A DNA stretch of 64,000 nt from a virus (IMGVR_UViG_3300015202_000006:47-64046), one strand, 5' to 3'; shown: positions 37,030 through 46,195, numbered from the stretch's first letter. The notes: generated by a model from the letters alone, not told the origin. Numbers and translations are program-made.

Positions 37030-37660
37030 CAAGATCGAAGATCTAAAGAAAAAACTCGAAACCGCTCGTGACTCCATCAGGTCCTATCGCGAAGAAGAAC
37101 TCGACAAGAGCTTCAAGGACCTTGCGATCGGCGCTGCAATGGGCGCATCCATCCTTCACGGTCATACAGCGACCTCATTTGAAGACAGGGCTCCTCAGGT
37201 GGCCTATCAGCACCACTCCGTCATGCATGATGATCTAAGACGCATCTCAATGATCGAATCTTCGGGCGGCAAGAATAAAAACCACGAGATGACGACTGTA
37301 GGAGTGAATGCCGGACACACTGCGGGCGGGTCCACTGGACTGATGCCAATCACCATCGCCGAAACGGTAGCCAAAACCCCTGAATTAAAAGCTAAATATC
37401 AGCACCTGCTATCGATGAAGCCTGATCAGGTTACTGCGGCCATCAACCAGCACCCAGACATGGAAACGGACATCGCCAATCACCACTGGAAGAGACTGTC
37501 GAACGTATTCCGTAATGATCGACCTCGGATGGCATTCGCGTGGAGAAACGGCATTACAGCTGCCAAGAATGCTACGTCTGAGCAGATTAGCAACCACCCG
37601 TATGTACAAAAATTTATGGGCCTTAGTAAGGCCGAGGACCCGGAATCAACTCCGGTTTAA
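37022..37660 (+). CDS. Lytic transglycosylase (SLT)-like virion protein
   Basis: ISMIESSGG (catalytic Glu), GLMP, AFAWRNG; flanked by K-S/K-A motifs. Confidence 0.65.
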   Translation: MSSKIEDLKKKLETARDSIRSYREEELDKSFKDLAIGAAMGASILHGHTATSFEDRAPQVAYQHHSVMHDDLRRISMIESSGGKNKNHEMTTVGVNAGHTAGGSTGLMPITIAETVAKTPELKAKYQHLLSMKPDQVTAAINQHPDMETDIANHHWKRLSNVFRNDRPRMAFAWRNGITAAKNATSEQISNHPYVQKFMGLSKAEDPESTPV

Positions 37661-37667
37661 TACCAGT

Positions 37668-37979
37668 ATGAAAAAAATCACCTTCTTAATAAATAGGGCT
37701 AGGGGTTTGATGGCGGATCTAAAGAAGGCCTCTGTTTCCGACTCGGTCGGTAAGACAAGATCGGGCAAGACCGTATATTCGAAGCCCGATAATCCTTCCC
37801 ACTCAAAGTTCGACTCAGACGACCACCGCGATGCATACACTCTTCATAAAGAAGCTGCAGCGGAACAAAAAGAAAACTCTAAGATGTGCGCTAATGGCAG
37901 CAGGTCAGAGGCGCATTTTTTGGAGCTATCTGAAAGGCACGGAGAATGCGCCCGGATTCATCTCGCGGAGTGCGGATAG
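37668..37979 (+). CDS. Hypothetical protein, possible internal head protein
   Basis: DLKKA motif followed by VGKTRSGKTVY...DHRDA. Confidence 0.55.
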   Translation: MKKITFLINRARGLMADLKKASVSDSVGKTRSGKTVYSKPDNPSHSKFDSDDHRDAYTLHKEAAAEQKENSKMCANGSRSEAHFLELSERHGECARIHLAECG

Positions 37980-38016
37980 GGCCTATGTCGAATGGCATGC
38001 TCGCCATTCAGTTTGG

Positions 38017-38517
38017 TCATCCTTGGGGCGAGAACTGAGCCAGTTTTTTCGCGCGTTTAAAGGCAAGCTCCCGTTTTAAAGGGCTCAAGCGATCAATGAA
38101 CAGCTTCCCTGCCAAATGGTCAGTCTCGTGCTGTATCGCTCTGGCAAAAAGCCCTTCTGCCGTTCCCTTGTGGGAAGCCCCGTCCACGTCCTGGTAGTCG
38201 AAATCGACTTTCTCAAAACGTTTCACTGTTTCATGGATGTGATCGACGCTGAGACATCCTTCGACCTCCTGAAGCTCCCCATAGGACTTCGTGATGGTGC
38301 AGTTGCAGAACGCCTTGGGGCCTTCTCCGATATCTAAAACAAACACATTCAATCTGACGCCGATTTGGTTGGCCGCAAGACCGATGCCCCTATTGGAATA
38401 CATCGTCTCGGTCATGTCCCGGACCAAGGCTCTCAGCTCATCGGTTGAAAAAGCTTGAACCTTTTCTGAAGCCTTTTTCAGTATTGGGTTCGGAAACTTG
38501 ATCAGGAGATAATTCAT
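38017..38517 (-). CDS. def: Peptide deformylase
   Basis: GIGLAANQIG, EGCLS, QHETDHL. Confidence 0.96.
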   Translation of the reverse strand: MNYLLIKFPNPILKKASEKVQAFSTDELRALVRDMTETMYSNRGIGLAANQIGVRLNVFVLDIGEGPKAFCNCTITKSYGELQEVEGCLSVDHIHETVKRFEKVDFDYQDVDGASHKGTAEGLFARAIQHETDHLAGKLFIDRLSPLKRELAFKRAKKLAQFSPQG

Positions 38518-38520
38518 AAG

Positions 38521-38742
38521 CTATTCCCGAGTAAGATCTTCAAGATCCTTGAGGATCTTCTCAATGTCGGCATGGATCTGAGAGAGCTTGTCTATCTCGA
38601 CCTGCACATCGGACTTGGCGCTAGGCCTCTTTGGTATCGCGATAGGTCCGGTGAGAGAGGTGTCTTTTCCGAGCTTATAGAGCGCGTAATAATTTATGTC
38701 GCTGAAAACAAATTTCTGACTCATATCCCTACTTGCGCTCAT
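38521..38742 (-). CDS. Hypothetical protein (73 aa)
   Basis: ORF track; co-oriented with def. Confidence 0.6.
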   Translation of the reverse strand: MSASRDMSQKFVFSDINYYALYKLGKDTSLTGPIAIPKRPSAKSDVQVEIDKLSQIHADIEKILKDLEDLTRE

Positions 38743-38767
38743 TGCTTTGTTCCTTCTGTAGAACTCA

Positions 38768-39100
38768 TTAAAAGCCCCAATTTAAAGAGATTGAACCAAC
38801 GCCCGGTGCCGCTGATAGGCTAAGCTTCTGAACCAACGGCACCCGACGCGTACTAAAACGGATCTCGCGCTTAACTCCAATGACGTAGGCAGATGCCAGG
38901 AGCCCTTGCGTGTCTTTATCTAAAAAGTAGCTGATGCGCCTCTGACCCTCGCCCTGAACGTATACGTTCACTTTGGATTCAAGATGAGTGGCGCCGGACT
39001 GAAGCATAAAAGCCTGTCCGGCTTTGTTGCACGCTTCAGGAGCGGTTCCATTAAGAGCGAAACTGGCACAGGAGATTGCGACTAATTCGTTAAGTCCCAT
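38768..39100 (-). CDS. Hypothetical protein with N-terminal hydrophobic segment (110 aa)
   Basis: ORF track; starts 6 nt after a promoter motif. Confidence 0.65.
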   Translation of the reverse strand: MGLNELVAISCASFALNGTAPEACNKAGQAFMLQSGATHLESKVNVYVQGEGQRRISYFLDKDTQGLLASAYVIGVKREIRFSTRRVPLVQKLSLSAAPGVGSISLNWGF

Positions 39101-39106
39101 GCTCCT

Positions 39107-39116
39107 CTTATACGGA
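39107..39116 (-). promoter_or_regulatory. Phage promoter motif variant TCCGTATAAG
   Basis: 6 nt to ATG at 39100; divergent from the copy at 39146. Confidence 0.75.
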
Positions 39117-39145
39117 ACGTCCCCAGGTCAAGAGATGTGCCTGCT

Positions 39146-39155
39146 TCCGTATAAA
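39146..39155 (+). promoter_or_regulatory. Phage promoter motif TCCGTATAAA
   Basis: Exact copy; 9 nt to ATG at 39165. Confidence 0.8.
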
Positions 39156-39164
39156 ACAGGCAAG

Positions 39165-39371
39165 ATGGCTAAACAGTTAAAAGTACAAAAAAGCGAAGAG
39201 GGAACACCAGTGGTGCAATGCCCTCGATGCGACGAAGTAATCACTCCGAACTATTTTGAGATATTCGATGGGTACCACTGCCCCGAATGTGACCAAACAT
39301 TAGACAGCGGGGCACTTCGAGCTTACCGACGAGCGGCTAAGGACTTCGAAGACTCGGGCGGCATGGAATGA
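39165..39371 (+). CDS. Zinc-ribbon protein (68 aa)
   Basis: CPRC...CPEC. Confidence 0.7.
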   Translation: MAKQLKVQKSEEGTPVVQCPRCDEVITPNYFEIFDGYHCPECDQTLDSGALRAYRRAAKDFEDSGGME

Positions 39372-39952
39372 GACTCCACCGCGATTCTATCGATCGATTC
39401 TTCGAATACGATTTTCATCTCGAGACCCGAACAATTTTCATCTCGGATCATGAGGACGGAACTGGCGTAGGCCCATTAATGGCCGAAAAGGTCATTAAAG
39501 CCCTTCATCTTTTCGTTGCGGCCAATCCCTCCGAAGAAGCCACCATCAAAATTATCATGAACTCGAAAGGTGGCTCTTGGGATGACGGCATGGCCATTTT
39601 CGATGCCATTATCGCTTGTCCTTGCCACGTAATAATCGAGTCCTACGGCAGCTGCATGTCTATGGCCACGGTTATCCTGCAGGCTGCCGACGAGCGGATC
39701 CTTCATCCGAATTCGACTTTTATGGTTCATGATGGAAGCGATTATTTCGAAGGGGAGTCTAAGAACTTCGAAGCCTGGGGCAAGCACTCTCACTACATCC
39801 GTGGGCGCATGTACGAGATCTACTCTGAGGCGAGTGAAAAAGACGAGACGTTTTGGCGAAAGAAGTGCGCGACCGACTTCATCGTCACTGCAAAAGAAGC
39901 CGTTGAACTCGGGTTGGCCGACAGAGTTGCGGGCGAAGGAAAAGATGAATAA
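39368..39952 (+). CDS. ClpP-like protease
   Basis: MNSKGG, CMSMA (Ser), FMVHDG (His), TDFIVTAKEAVELGLADRV. Confidence 0.88.
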   Translation: MRLHRDSIDRFFEYDFHLETRTIFISDHEDGTGVGPLMAEKVIKALHLFVAANPSEEATIKIIMNSKGGSWDDGMAIFDAIIACPCHVIIESYGSCMSMATVILQAADERILHPNSTFMVHDGSDYFEGESKNFEAWGKHSHYIRGRMYEIYSEASEKDETFWRKKCATDFIVTAKEAVELGLADRVAGEGKDE

Positions 39953-39969
39953 CCAAAAAGGAGACTCCT

Positions 39970-40428
39970 ATGGGAAGTCGTGACCACAGAATTGACAAGA
40001 TCAACGCTTACCGAAAACTCTTGAGTAGCCGGAAGCTTCCAAAGTTCGACGAAAATGCTGATAAAACGCTCGAATCCGAACTAAATGACGAATTCAATTC
40101 CTGGGTTGAGGACCAAATCTCAGACCTCTTGGGAGAGAAAGTAACTCAGGGCGAATACGGCGTATTCACTCAGTCCGAAGTGGAATTCATTAAAGCGTTC
40201 GCCGCCCGAGCTTTAGCGAAGGCAGCGCCTGCGCCCCAGGCGAACGCCCAGGCGGTCGAGCCCCAAGTCCGTATAAATCCAGATGTGAGGCAAAAGCCCA
40301 CTCAAGTAAAGCCTCAGGCCCCTCGTTCAAAATCGGACGATTCTGCCGTGAGAGCAAAGGACCGCTGGGTCCGGCAGCTTGATCAAATGGAAGACGACAA
40401 TAACGTCCCTGATTTTCTTAAGGAGTAG
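39970..40428 (+). CDS. Hypothetical protein (152 aa)
   Basis: ORF track; GGAG SD. Confidence 0.7.
   Translation: MGSRDHRIDKINAYRKLLSSRKLPKFDENADKTLESELNDEFNSWVEDQISDLLGEKVTQGEYGVFTQSEVEFIKAFAARALAKAAPAPQANAQAVEPQVRINPDVRQKPTQVKPQAPRSKSDDSAVRAKDRWVRQLDQMEDDNNVPDFLKE
40268..40277 (+). promoter_or_regulatory. Phage promoter motif TCCGTATAAA (inside a CDS)
   Basis: Exact copy 157 nt upstream of the gene at 40435. Confidence 0.55.
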
Positions 40429-40434
40429 TTTGAA

Positions 40435-41049
40435 ATGAACAAGAACCCAAAGGCCCTAAATTACAGTAAGCGCAACATCCAACAGATTGGCGCTCAGGCC
40501 GAAGCGAATAATCAAAACATGTCTCAGATCCAACAAATGCTCCAGGGTCTGATGTACCAAAATTATCAAACCGCGAACACAATCCAAGACCTGAACCGTC
40601 AGATGAAGGCCAATACCTTCCGCTCCCAGGCTGCCGGTAAGATGCTTCAAAAGCTTGGCATCACGGAATCAGAGATTGAAGCGACCGTAGACACCCTGAT
40701 CATTGCCGAATTTGATAAAAACAGTAATGACGACGATGCCGAGAAGAAGCTTTCTATCGTTAGTAGCGGCACTGCAACGATCGGGATGAACGCGATTCTG
40801 TCGCTCCGCCTATTCAAAGACGGCGCCGAACTTATTGAACAGCGTATCCTTCGCTCGAAGATTGAAATCGGAAAGTCTGAACTCCTTCCTCAAGTCGACG
40901 AGGTGCTCGTTGGTATGTCTGTAGGAGAAGCCAAGAAGTTCCTTATCGATCTTCAGGGCAAAACCGATGAGGCCGAAGTCACTCTTCTCGGTCTCCGCTC
41001 CCAGCCAGCAGCCGAAGCCACCTCTCAAACGGAAGCGAGCGGCTCCTAA
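40435..41049 (+). CDS. Coiled-coil protein with C-terminal FKBP / trigger-factor-like domain
   Basis: IEIGKSELLPQVDEVLVGMSVGEAKKF resembles the FKBP-type LGxGxLIPGFEExLxGMxxGExKxF. Confidence 0.6.
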   Translation: MNKNPKALNYSKRNIQQIGAQAEANNQNMSQIQQMLQGLMYQNYQTANTIQDLNRQMKANTFRSQAAGKMLQKLGITESEIEATVDTLIIAEFDKNSNDDDAEKKLSIVSSGTATIGMNAILSLRLFKDGAELIEQRILRSKIEIGKSELLPQVDEVLVGMSVGEAKKFLIDLQGKTDEAEVTLLGLRSQPAAEATSQTEASGS

Positions 41050-41050
41050 G

Positions 41051-42649
41051 ATGTCAAAACCGGATAAGCAGCTTACGGCCAAAGGAAAGGAGATCCTTTC
41101 GGCTTTTGTAAAAGCTGCAAGCAAACTTAAGCGTTTTCCAACCCGAGCGGACATGATGTCCCTTGGATACTCTAGGGATGCTATCCGCGAAAATTTTACG
41201 TCCCTGGAGAAGCTTAAAGAGGTGGCCGTCGCTCAGAGACCGGTCCTGTTTGATGAGATTGAACGAGGGCAGATCACATCTGACGATAGAGCCGCTGAGC
41301 TTAAGAAGGCGGTAAAGAAGTACAAACGTTATGTCGTCACGTCTGTTGTTGATGGCGCCCCTGTTCATAAAGGGATGCTTGCCAGTCTGAAGGGATACTG
41401 CGAGCACGAGAATGCTATCCTCTTGCTCCTTCCTTCTGGAAATACCTGGGACGACATCGATCCGGCGCTTAGTTCCGAGCACTGGGTATTTGAATCTCTC
41501 TCTTTAAACTCAAACATCATGATCTCGTCGATCAGGGTGCCGTCAAAGACCGTAAATCCACTGACCGGACTCGGACGACTGGGCCAACGCAATGGCTCCA
41601 CGATCATGGCTAGCCCAAAGCAGTTCTTTGAGCCGGTAGCAGTTGGCGACTCTAAGTTTCCGCATGTGATGATGTCTACAGGCGCGGTAACAAAGCCTTT
41701 TTACAGCTCTTTAAATGGCCAGATGAGAAAGACAGATACGGTCGCCTCTCACGATCATATTCTCGGTGCTATCGTGGTGGAGATTGAAGACGACAAATTC
41801 TATCATTTCAGACAGCTTCAGGCCGAGCCGGATACGGGTGCAGTCGTTGATCTAGGCTATCGCTATTGCGGAGACAAGAAGAAGAAGTACGCCCCAAGTC
41901 ACTTTGTCATCGGTGATTACCACGTCACAGAAACAGATCCCTTTGCCGCAAAAGCATGGGATGAAATCCAGAAGTTTACCGGGGTTCGTAAAAGAGTTCA
42001 TCATGATGCGTTTAGCGGAGTGTCCATTAATAGGCACGAGCAGGATAACTACGTTCTTCGGGCCAAGCTCTCCCTCGAATGCAAACTAGATCTCGAAACA
42101 GAGCTTCGAGAGTTTGCAAAAATGCTCGATGTGGAAACCGCCAAATGTGACGAAGTGGTAATTGTTGACTCAAACCACCACGATTTTCTGACCAAACATT
42201 ACCTTCAGCACGGCATTTATCTGAATGAGCCTAATAACTTCAAAATTGCACATAAACTGGTGGCTGCTGTCATGGAAGGGAAGGATCCTCTCCGGTATGC
42301 GGTCGAAGAAGTGATTGGCCTTAAATACCCAAAGAAAATTCGGTGGTTGAAGCGCGACGAGTCCTATTGCGCAGCCGGTATCGAAATGGGCGCACATGGT
42401 GATAAGGGAGCGAACGGATCGAAGGGTTCGCCTAATACACTTGAGAGAGCCTACGGAAATTGCGTAGTAGGGCATAGCCATAGTCCGAGAATCGTACGCG
42501 GCTTTTGGCAGGTTGGAACTTCTACTCTTCTCCGTTTGCCTTATACTGTGGGCGCAAGTTCCTGGATGCAGACGTCTTGTCTCGTTTATCCAAACGGATC
42601 AAGGCAGCTCGTGAACTCCATTTGTGGTAAGTGGCGGGTAAAGAAGTGA
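41051..42649 (+). CDS. T5 A1-like nuclease (metallophosphoesterase fold) with N-terminal helical domain
   Basis: YVVTS, SPKQ, STGAVTKP.Y, FYHFRQL, GDYH, HHD, SNHHD, HGDKGANG, GHSHSP, SSW: the pattern recalled for the T5 A1 family. Confidence 0.7.
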   Translation: MSKPDKQLTAKGKEILSAFVKAASKLKRFPTRADMMSLGYSRDAIRENFTSLEKLKEVAVAQRPVLFDEIERGQITSDDRAAELKKAVKKYKRYVVTSVVDGAPVHKGMLASLKGYCEHENAILLLLPSGNTWDDIDPALSSEHWVFESLSLNSNIMISSIRVPSKTVNPLTGLGRLGQRNGSTIMASPKQFFEPVAVGDSKFPHVMMSTGAVTKPFYSSLNGQMRKTDTVASHDHILGAIVVEIEDDKFYHFRQLQAEPDTGAVVDLGYRYCGDKKKKYAPSHFVIGDYHVTETDPFAAKAWDEIQKFTGVRKRVHHDAFSGVSINRHEQDNYVLRAKLSLECKLDLETELREFAKMLDVETAKCDEVVIVDSNHHDFLTKHYLQHGIYLNEPNNFKIAHKLVAAVMEGKDPLRYAVEEVIGLKYPKKIRWLKRDESYCAAGIEMGAHGDKGANGSKGSPNTLERAYGNCVVGHSHSPRIVRGFWQVGTSTLLRLPYTVGASSWMQTSCLVYPNGSRQLVNSICGKWRVKK

Positions 42650-42888
42650 TCCTAGGTAGCGTCGACTCCCATGATGTACCGGACATGCTTCACGAAGAGG
42701 CTCCTAAGGGATACATCATGGGACTTGGTAGAGACTGTCCTGTTCCCAAGCGCTCACATCTCTATAAGGGAAACTTCGAAGATCCCGGGCGGCCCATGTG
42801 CCGATACGGATGGAATAGAAAAGAATACGGATACTCGATCTGGCGCGGCTATTGGCATTCTAGCGGTTCCAGTCTGATACCCTTCTAA
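42646..42888 (+). CDS. Hypothetical protein (80 aa)
   Basis: GTGA-coupled; Cys/aromatic-rich. Confidence 0.5.
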   Translation: MILGSVDSHDVPDMLHEEAPKGYIMGLGRDCPVPKRSHLYKGNFEDPGRPMCRYGWNRKEYGYSIWRGYWHSSGSSLIPF

Positions 42889-43010
42889 GATTGCATGGCC
42901 TATTAGGACGCGCGTTAATTGTCGCATATCTTTTAGACAATTGATCAAAAGATCGACGACATTTTATGGCTGCTATTGGGCTAAGTTGCTAATATCGTTA
43001 ATTCCCTATT

Positions 43011-43027
43011 TTGGCATTGGCCTTGCT
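43011..43027 (+). promoter_or_regulatory. Possible sigma-54-type (-24/-12) promoter TTGGCATTGGCCTTGCT
   Basis: GG-N10-GC with TGGCA and TTGC flanks; overlaps a TGnTATA extended -10 alternative. Confidence 0.4.
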
Positions 43028-43039
43028 ATATAGTATGGC

Positions 43040-43369
43040 ATGACGAAACAAACTAAAACGGTCCTTCAGTTACTCGCCGAAAAACAAGCCGCCCAAGATG
43101 CGGTAATGAATGCCGATGCGGCTATGCGCCAAGTTCCATTCTATCGTGACATTGTGTCCATCGCGACCGACTTTGGCTTTGAATCGGAAGCGGGTCGGTT
43201 AGTCGTAGCTATCCAAGATCGTGAATCGCCTTTGTCCCGCGAAGAGATCCGCGCGGTATTCGTCGCATCGGGCTTTGACTTTGACGAATCCCACGTTGAC
43301 GCTTGTAACCCGGATTCAGACAAAACGATTAAAAAGTTTGTAAGTGATCTTAACTGGTCTATGCGATAA
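43040..43369 (+). CDS. Hypothetical protein (109 aa)
   Basis: ORF track; first gene of an AT-richer block. Confidence 0.7.
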   Translation: MTKQTKTVLQLLAEKQAAQDAVMNADAAMRQVPFYRDIVSIATDFGFESEAGRLVVAIQDRESPLSREEIRAVFVASGFDFDESHVDACNPDSDKTIKKFVSDLNWSMR

Positions 43370-43662
43370 GGGGGATTCTATGCTTAAAGTCAAGTTCGCT
43401 AAATACTTCGTTTCGGGCATGCTTAAAGACATAACCATTGACGTTAGTCTTCCCATGGCCAATTTAGAAGCTGCTAACCTATATGCGGTTTTGCCATGTG
43501 CACGCCGAAAAACCAGTTAGTCCTATCGGTGGGAATAGTTCCTTTGTTATCCTAACCGCTCGCATCGTATTGGAGTAAACTATATATGTTTAAAGCTAAA
43601 CTGACTTTGGTTGACCTAACTTTGGTAGGGTCTACGTTTTGCCCGGTAGGTTATATGGAGAT

Positions 43663-43839
43663 ATGACCTTTAAGACCATTAAGGCGGCCAAGGCATGGGC
43701 CAAGTCTGCCGGTTATCGCATTGACCTTGTTTTGACTCATGCAAGTGACCTGCAAGGCGCAACGATGGACGTTTACATATTGGATTTTGGGAATTTCCGG
43801 ACCCGAAGCGCGCCAGAGTTATCTGGCTCGAATACATGA
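43663..43839 (+). CDS. Small hypothetical protein (58 aa)
   Basis: GGAG SD before ATG (MTFKTIKAAKAWAK). Confidence 0.5.
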   Translation: MTFKTIKAAKAWAKSAGYRIDLVLTHASDLQGATMDVYILDFGNFRTRSAPELSGSNT

Positions 43840-43933
43840 CATCCTCATGTCGCTGTAAAATCCTTACCGTCTGCAGCTTGTGTTTTACTTGGATTCATCC
43901 GGACTGTGCCGAAGCGCAGTCTGAGACTGAAGA

Positions 43934-44116
43934 CTAAGCTGCTTCCTTCTTCTCTTCGTCAATCGATCCGTCCTCGTCGATATATCCCTTCACCTCGACG
44001 ATCAAACACTCCGTCAAAGTACAGAACCTCTCAATAGACGTAGAGTCGACTGGCGACTTCTTAAAGTCCTCCAGAGCCTCAAGTACGAGCAATAATCTGT
44101 GTTTCGGGCCCCACAT
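43934..44116 (-). CDS. Hypothetical protein (60 aa)
   Basis: ORF track; starts 6 nt after a promoter motif. Confidence 0.65.
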   Translation of the reverse strand: MWGPKHRLLLVLEALEDFKKSPVDSTSIERFCTLTECLIVEVKGYIDEDGSIDEEKKEAA

Positions 44117-44122
44117 GCTTTT

Positions 44123-44132
44123 TTTATACGGA
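44123..44132 (-). promoter_or_regulatory. Phage promoter motif TCCGTATAAA
   Basis: Exact copy; 6 nt to ATG at 44116. Confidence 0.8.
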
Positions 44133-44192
44133 CTCGCGCAGTGTCAGATCTACCTGCGGCTATCCCCGTACAATAAGACAAGAGGGCCCGCT

Positions 44193-44432
44193 GTGAAGAA
44201 ACTCAAGAAAGAGTTGGAGAAACAGAGGAGGGAGATCAGTCGGTTAGAGAAGCTCCTACAGCGCTATGAGACGGAAGAATCACAGCACCTAGAAGAGACT
44301 CCCCAACTGCCCGCCCCCAAGAATAACATCGCGTCTTGTTCCAAATGTAAGGGAGAGACACGACGACTGGAGTTGGGAAAGTATTCATATCATGTTTGTG
44401 ATTGGTGCAATTCCCGCGAAAAGATCAAATGA
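44193..44432 (+). CDS. Coiled-coil + zinc-ribbon protein (79 aa)
   Basis: CSKC...CDWC; GAGG SD before GTG. Confidence 0.65.
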   Translation: MKKLKKELEKQRREISRLEKLLQRYETEESQHLEETPQLPAPKNNIASCSKCKGETRRLELGKYSYHVCDWCNSREKIK

Positions 44433-44758
44433 AGACCGTTAAGGGATACAATATTGCGAAGGTCGCAGAGACGTTTAGCGCCGTAAAGTCCCAAGAAATT
44501 ATCAAAAGTATTAAGCAGTTAGAGGACAACCTCGATACCCTGCGCTCTTTCCGTATAAAAATCGTGAGTCTATCAGAGTTCAAGAAGGCCGATGATGGCC
44601 TGGCAGTTCTTAGTGAAGTACTCAGGATGCGCAATGATGGACAGCAGGTGCCCGCGAAAACTCAAGACACTTCCTCAGGAACCCTGCCAAGAAGGCAGGA
44701 AAGCCGTGGACGCTGCCCGAAACGGCGAGCACCAAGGTTGTCCTTGGTTTGTGGTTGA
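44429..44758 (+). CDS. Hypothetical protein
   Basis: ATGA-coupled; 3' part overlaps the next gene. Confidence 0.45.
   Translation: MKTVKGYNIAKVAETFSAVKSQEIIKSIKQLEDNLDTLRSFRIKIVSLSEFKKADDGLAVLSEVLRMRNDGQQVPAKTQDTSSGTLPRRQESRGRCPKRRAPRLSLVCG
44550..44559 (+). promoter_or_regulatory. Phage promoter motif TCCGTATAAA (inside a CDS)
   Basis: Exact copy about 75 nt before the gene at 44634, upstream of the prohead protease/capsid block. Confidence 0.6.
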
Positions 44759-44933
44759 TCGCGAATCCAACTACTGCTTTTTTAAGTCGATGGCTGACAA
44801 TGGACAACCCATGGAAACAGCCGATATCGCCCGCCAGCTCATGATGGACGACTCAGATGTGAAAAGGGTCGTTTCCAAATTCAGGAAAACCGCCGCCCTT
44901 ATTAATGATCCTGATAAGGACCCGTCCGACTAA
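44634..44933 (+). CDS. Cys-cluster protein with C-terminal sigma-region-4-like HTH
   Basis: C...C...CPW...YCF, then GQPMETADIARQLMMDDSDVKRVVSKFRK. Confidence 0.5.
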   Translation: MMDSRCPRKLKTLPQEPCQEGRKAVDAARNGEHQGCPWFVVDRESNYCFFKSMADNGQPMETADIARQLMMDDSDVKRVVSKFRKTAALINDPDKDPSD

Positions 44934-44993
44934 ACCCAACTATTTCTGACCCTTCCGAGCGCGGTCTGCGGGTCCTGACAGATCATTCTATAG

Positions 44994-45728
44994 ATGAGTC
45001 TTAGGAAAAGCACTGTCATCGAATGTGTCGCGTCCACTTCGGACCGGGACATCACGAATGAGGTTTTAGATCTCGACGGTGCGGATATTTCGCCACTGCT
45101 GGAAGGCCGTGGTTTCGTCAATGCGGATCATAGACAGGGATTTGATTCCCTTCTTGGTCGGGTGATGGAAGCGAAAAAGATCACCAAGATGGAAGACTGT
45201 ACTACTCCGACCCAGATTAAATACTGGCAAGAGTTACAGAGGCCCTTCTTGTGGACCAAAGCAGAACTCTGGGACGGTGTAGGACATAAGGAAGCTGATT
45301 CTGTCGCTTCTATTTATAAGTTCTACAGCGCCAAGAATGAAGCTCCTCCTATTAAAGTCTCTGTCGAAGGCAAGACCATACAACGTGGCCCCGACGGAAA
45401 ACTTAGTAAGACCCAGATTCGTGGCATTGCCTTAACAATTGCACCCTGCAATCGCAATACGCGAACCGAAGTCACTGCGATTAATAAATCAGTAGGCGCA
45501 GACGACTCTCTCATCAAGTCAGAAGATTACGAAGTTCCGTTCTTTCGAGAACAGAGCGTCGAACCACTACAGAAAATTTATCAGCTTGCGGTGACCGCTC
45601 GCGAGCTGCTGCGAGAGGCAAGGATTTCCTTGTCGAAAGCAGATTCTGGAATCGTGCTCCTAAAAAGCCCGGTTCTTTTAGAGCGGCTGAAACTAATGAT
45701 CTCTGACTACAAAAAGTCAGATTTATAA
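44994..45728 (+). CDS. Prohead (capsid maturation) protease
   Basis: CVASTSDRD..NE, VNADH (His), KVSVEG (Ser), IALTIAPCN; upstream of scaffold and capsid. Confidence 0.88.
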   Translation: MSLRKSTVIECVASTSDRDITNEVLDLDGADISPLLEGRGFVNADHRQGFDSLLGRVMEAKKITKMEDCTTPTQIKYWQELQRPFLWTKAELWDGVGHKEADSVASIYKFYSAKNEAPPIKVSVEGKTIQRGPDGKLSKTQIRGIALTIAPCNRNTRTEVTAINKSVGADDSLIKSEDYEVPFFREQSVEPLQKIYQLAVTARELLREARISLSKADSGIVLLKSPVLLERLKLMISDYKKSDL

Positions 45729-45745
45729 CTGGAGGATACTCTACA

Positions 45746-46195
45746 ATGGCTCTCCCAAATAACCATAGGGACCAAATGCTTCACCGCCTGATCGCCGACA
45801 TGAATATGTTGGCTGCTGGCGATCTCGCGGCTGCTCCTGCTTACCTATCGGATGGAACTCCGGCTGCAACGATTAAAAGTGCAGCTGGCGACACCATCGC
45901 TCTTATTGCGCTGAAGCGCCGTACCTTTGCCGGTGCAGGCTTCAACATCGTTAACGACATCTCTGCTTCGGCTGGCGAAGGCTATCCTGAAACCGAATGC
46001 TGGGTTGACATGAATTCTGACAACACGAAGGCCACTCTGGCGCGTCATGCGAAGATCTTCAAGCTTGCTACGGCCATGGGCTGCAGCGTGATGAAGGTCC
46101 TTTCTTCGGCTGCCCCAGTTGAAGCGGATCTCGTGGACGCTAACGTCCAAGCTGAAATCGCTAACGACGCCCGCCTCGGTCAAGTCGGTAACTAA
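45746..46195 (+). CDS. Probable head-associated protein (149 aa)
   Basis: Strong SD and highly-expressed codon bias in the head operon. Confidence 0.6.
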   Translation: MALPNNHRDQMLHRLIADMNMLAAGDLAAAPAYLSDGTPAATIKSAAGDTIALIALKRRTFAGAGFNIVNDISASAGEGYPETECWVDMNSDNTKATLARHAKIFKLATAMGCSVMKVLSSAAPVEADLVDANVQAEIANDARLGQVGN

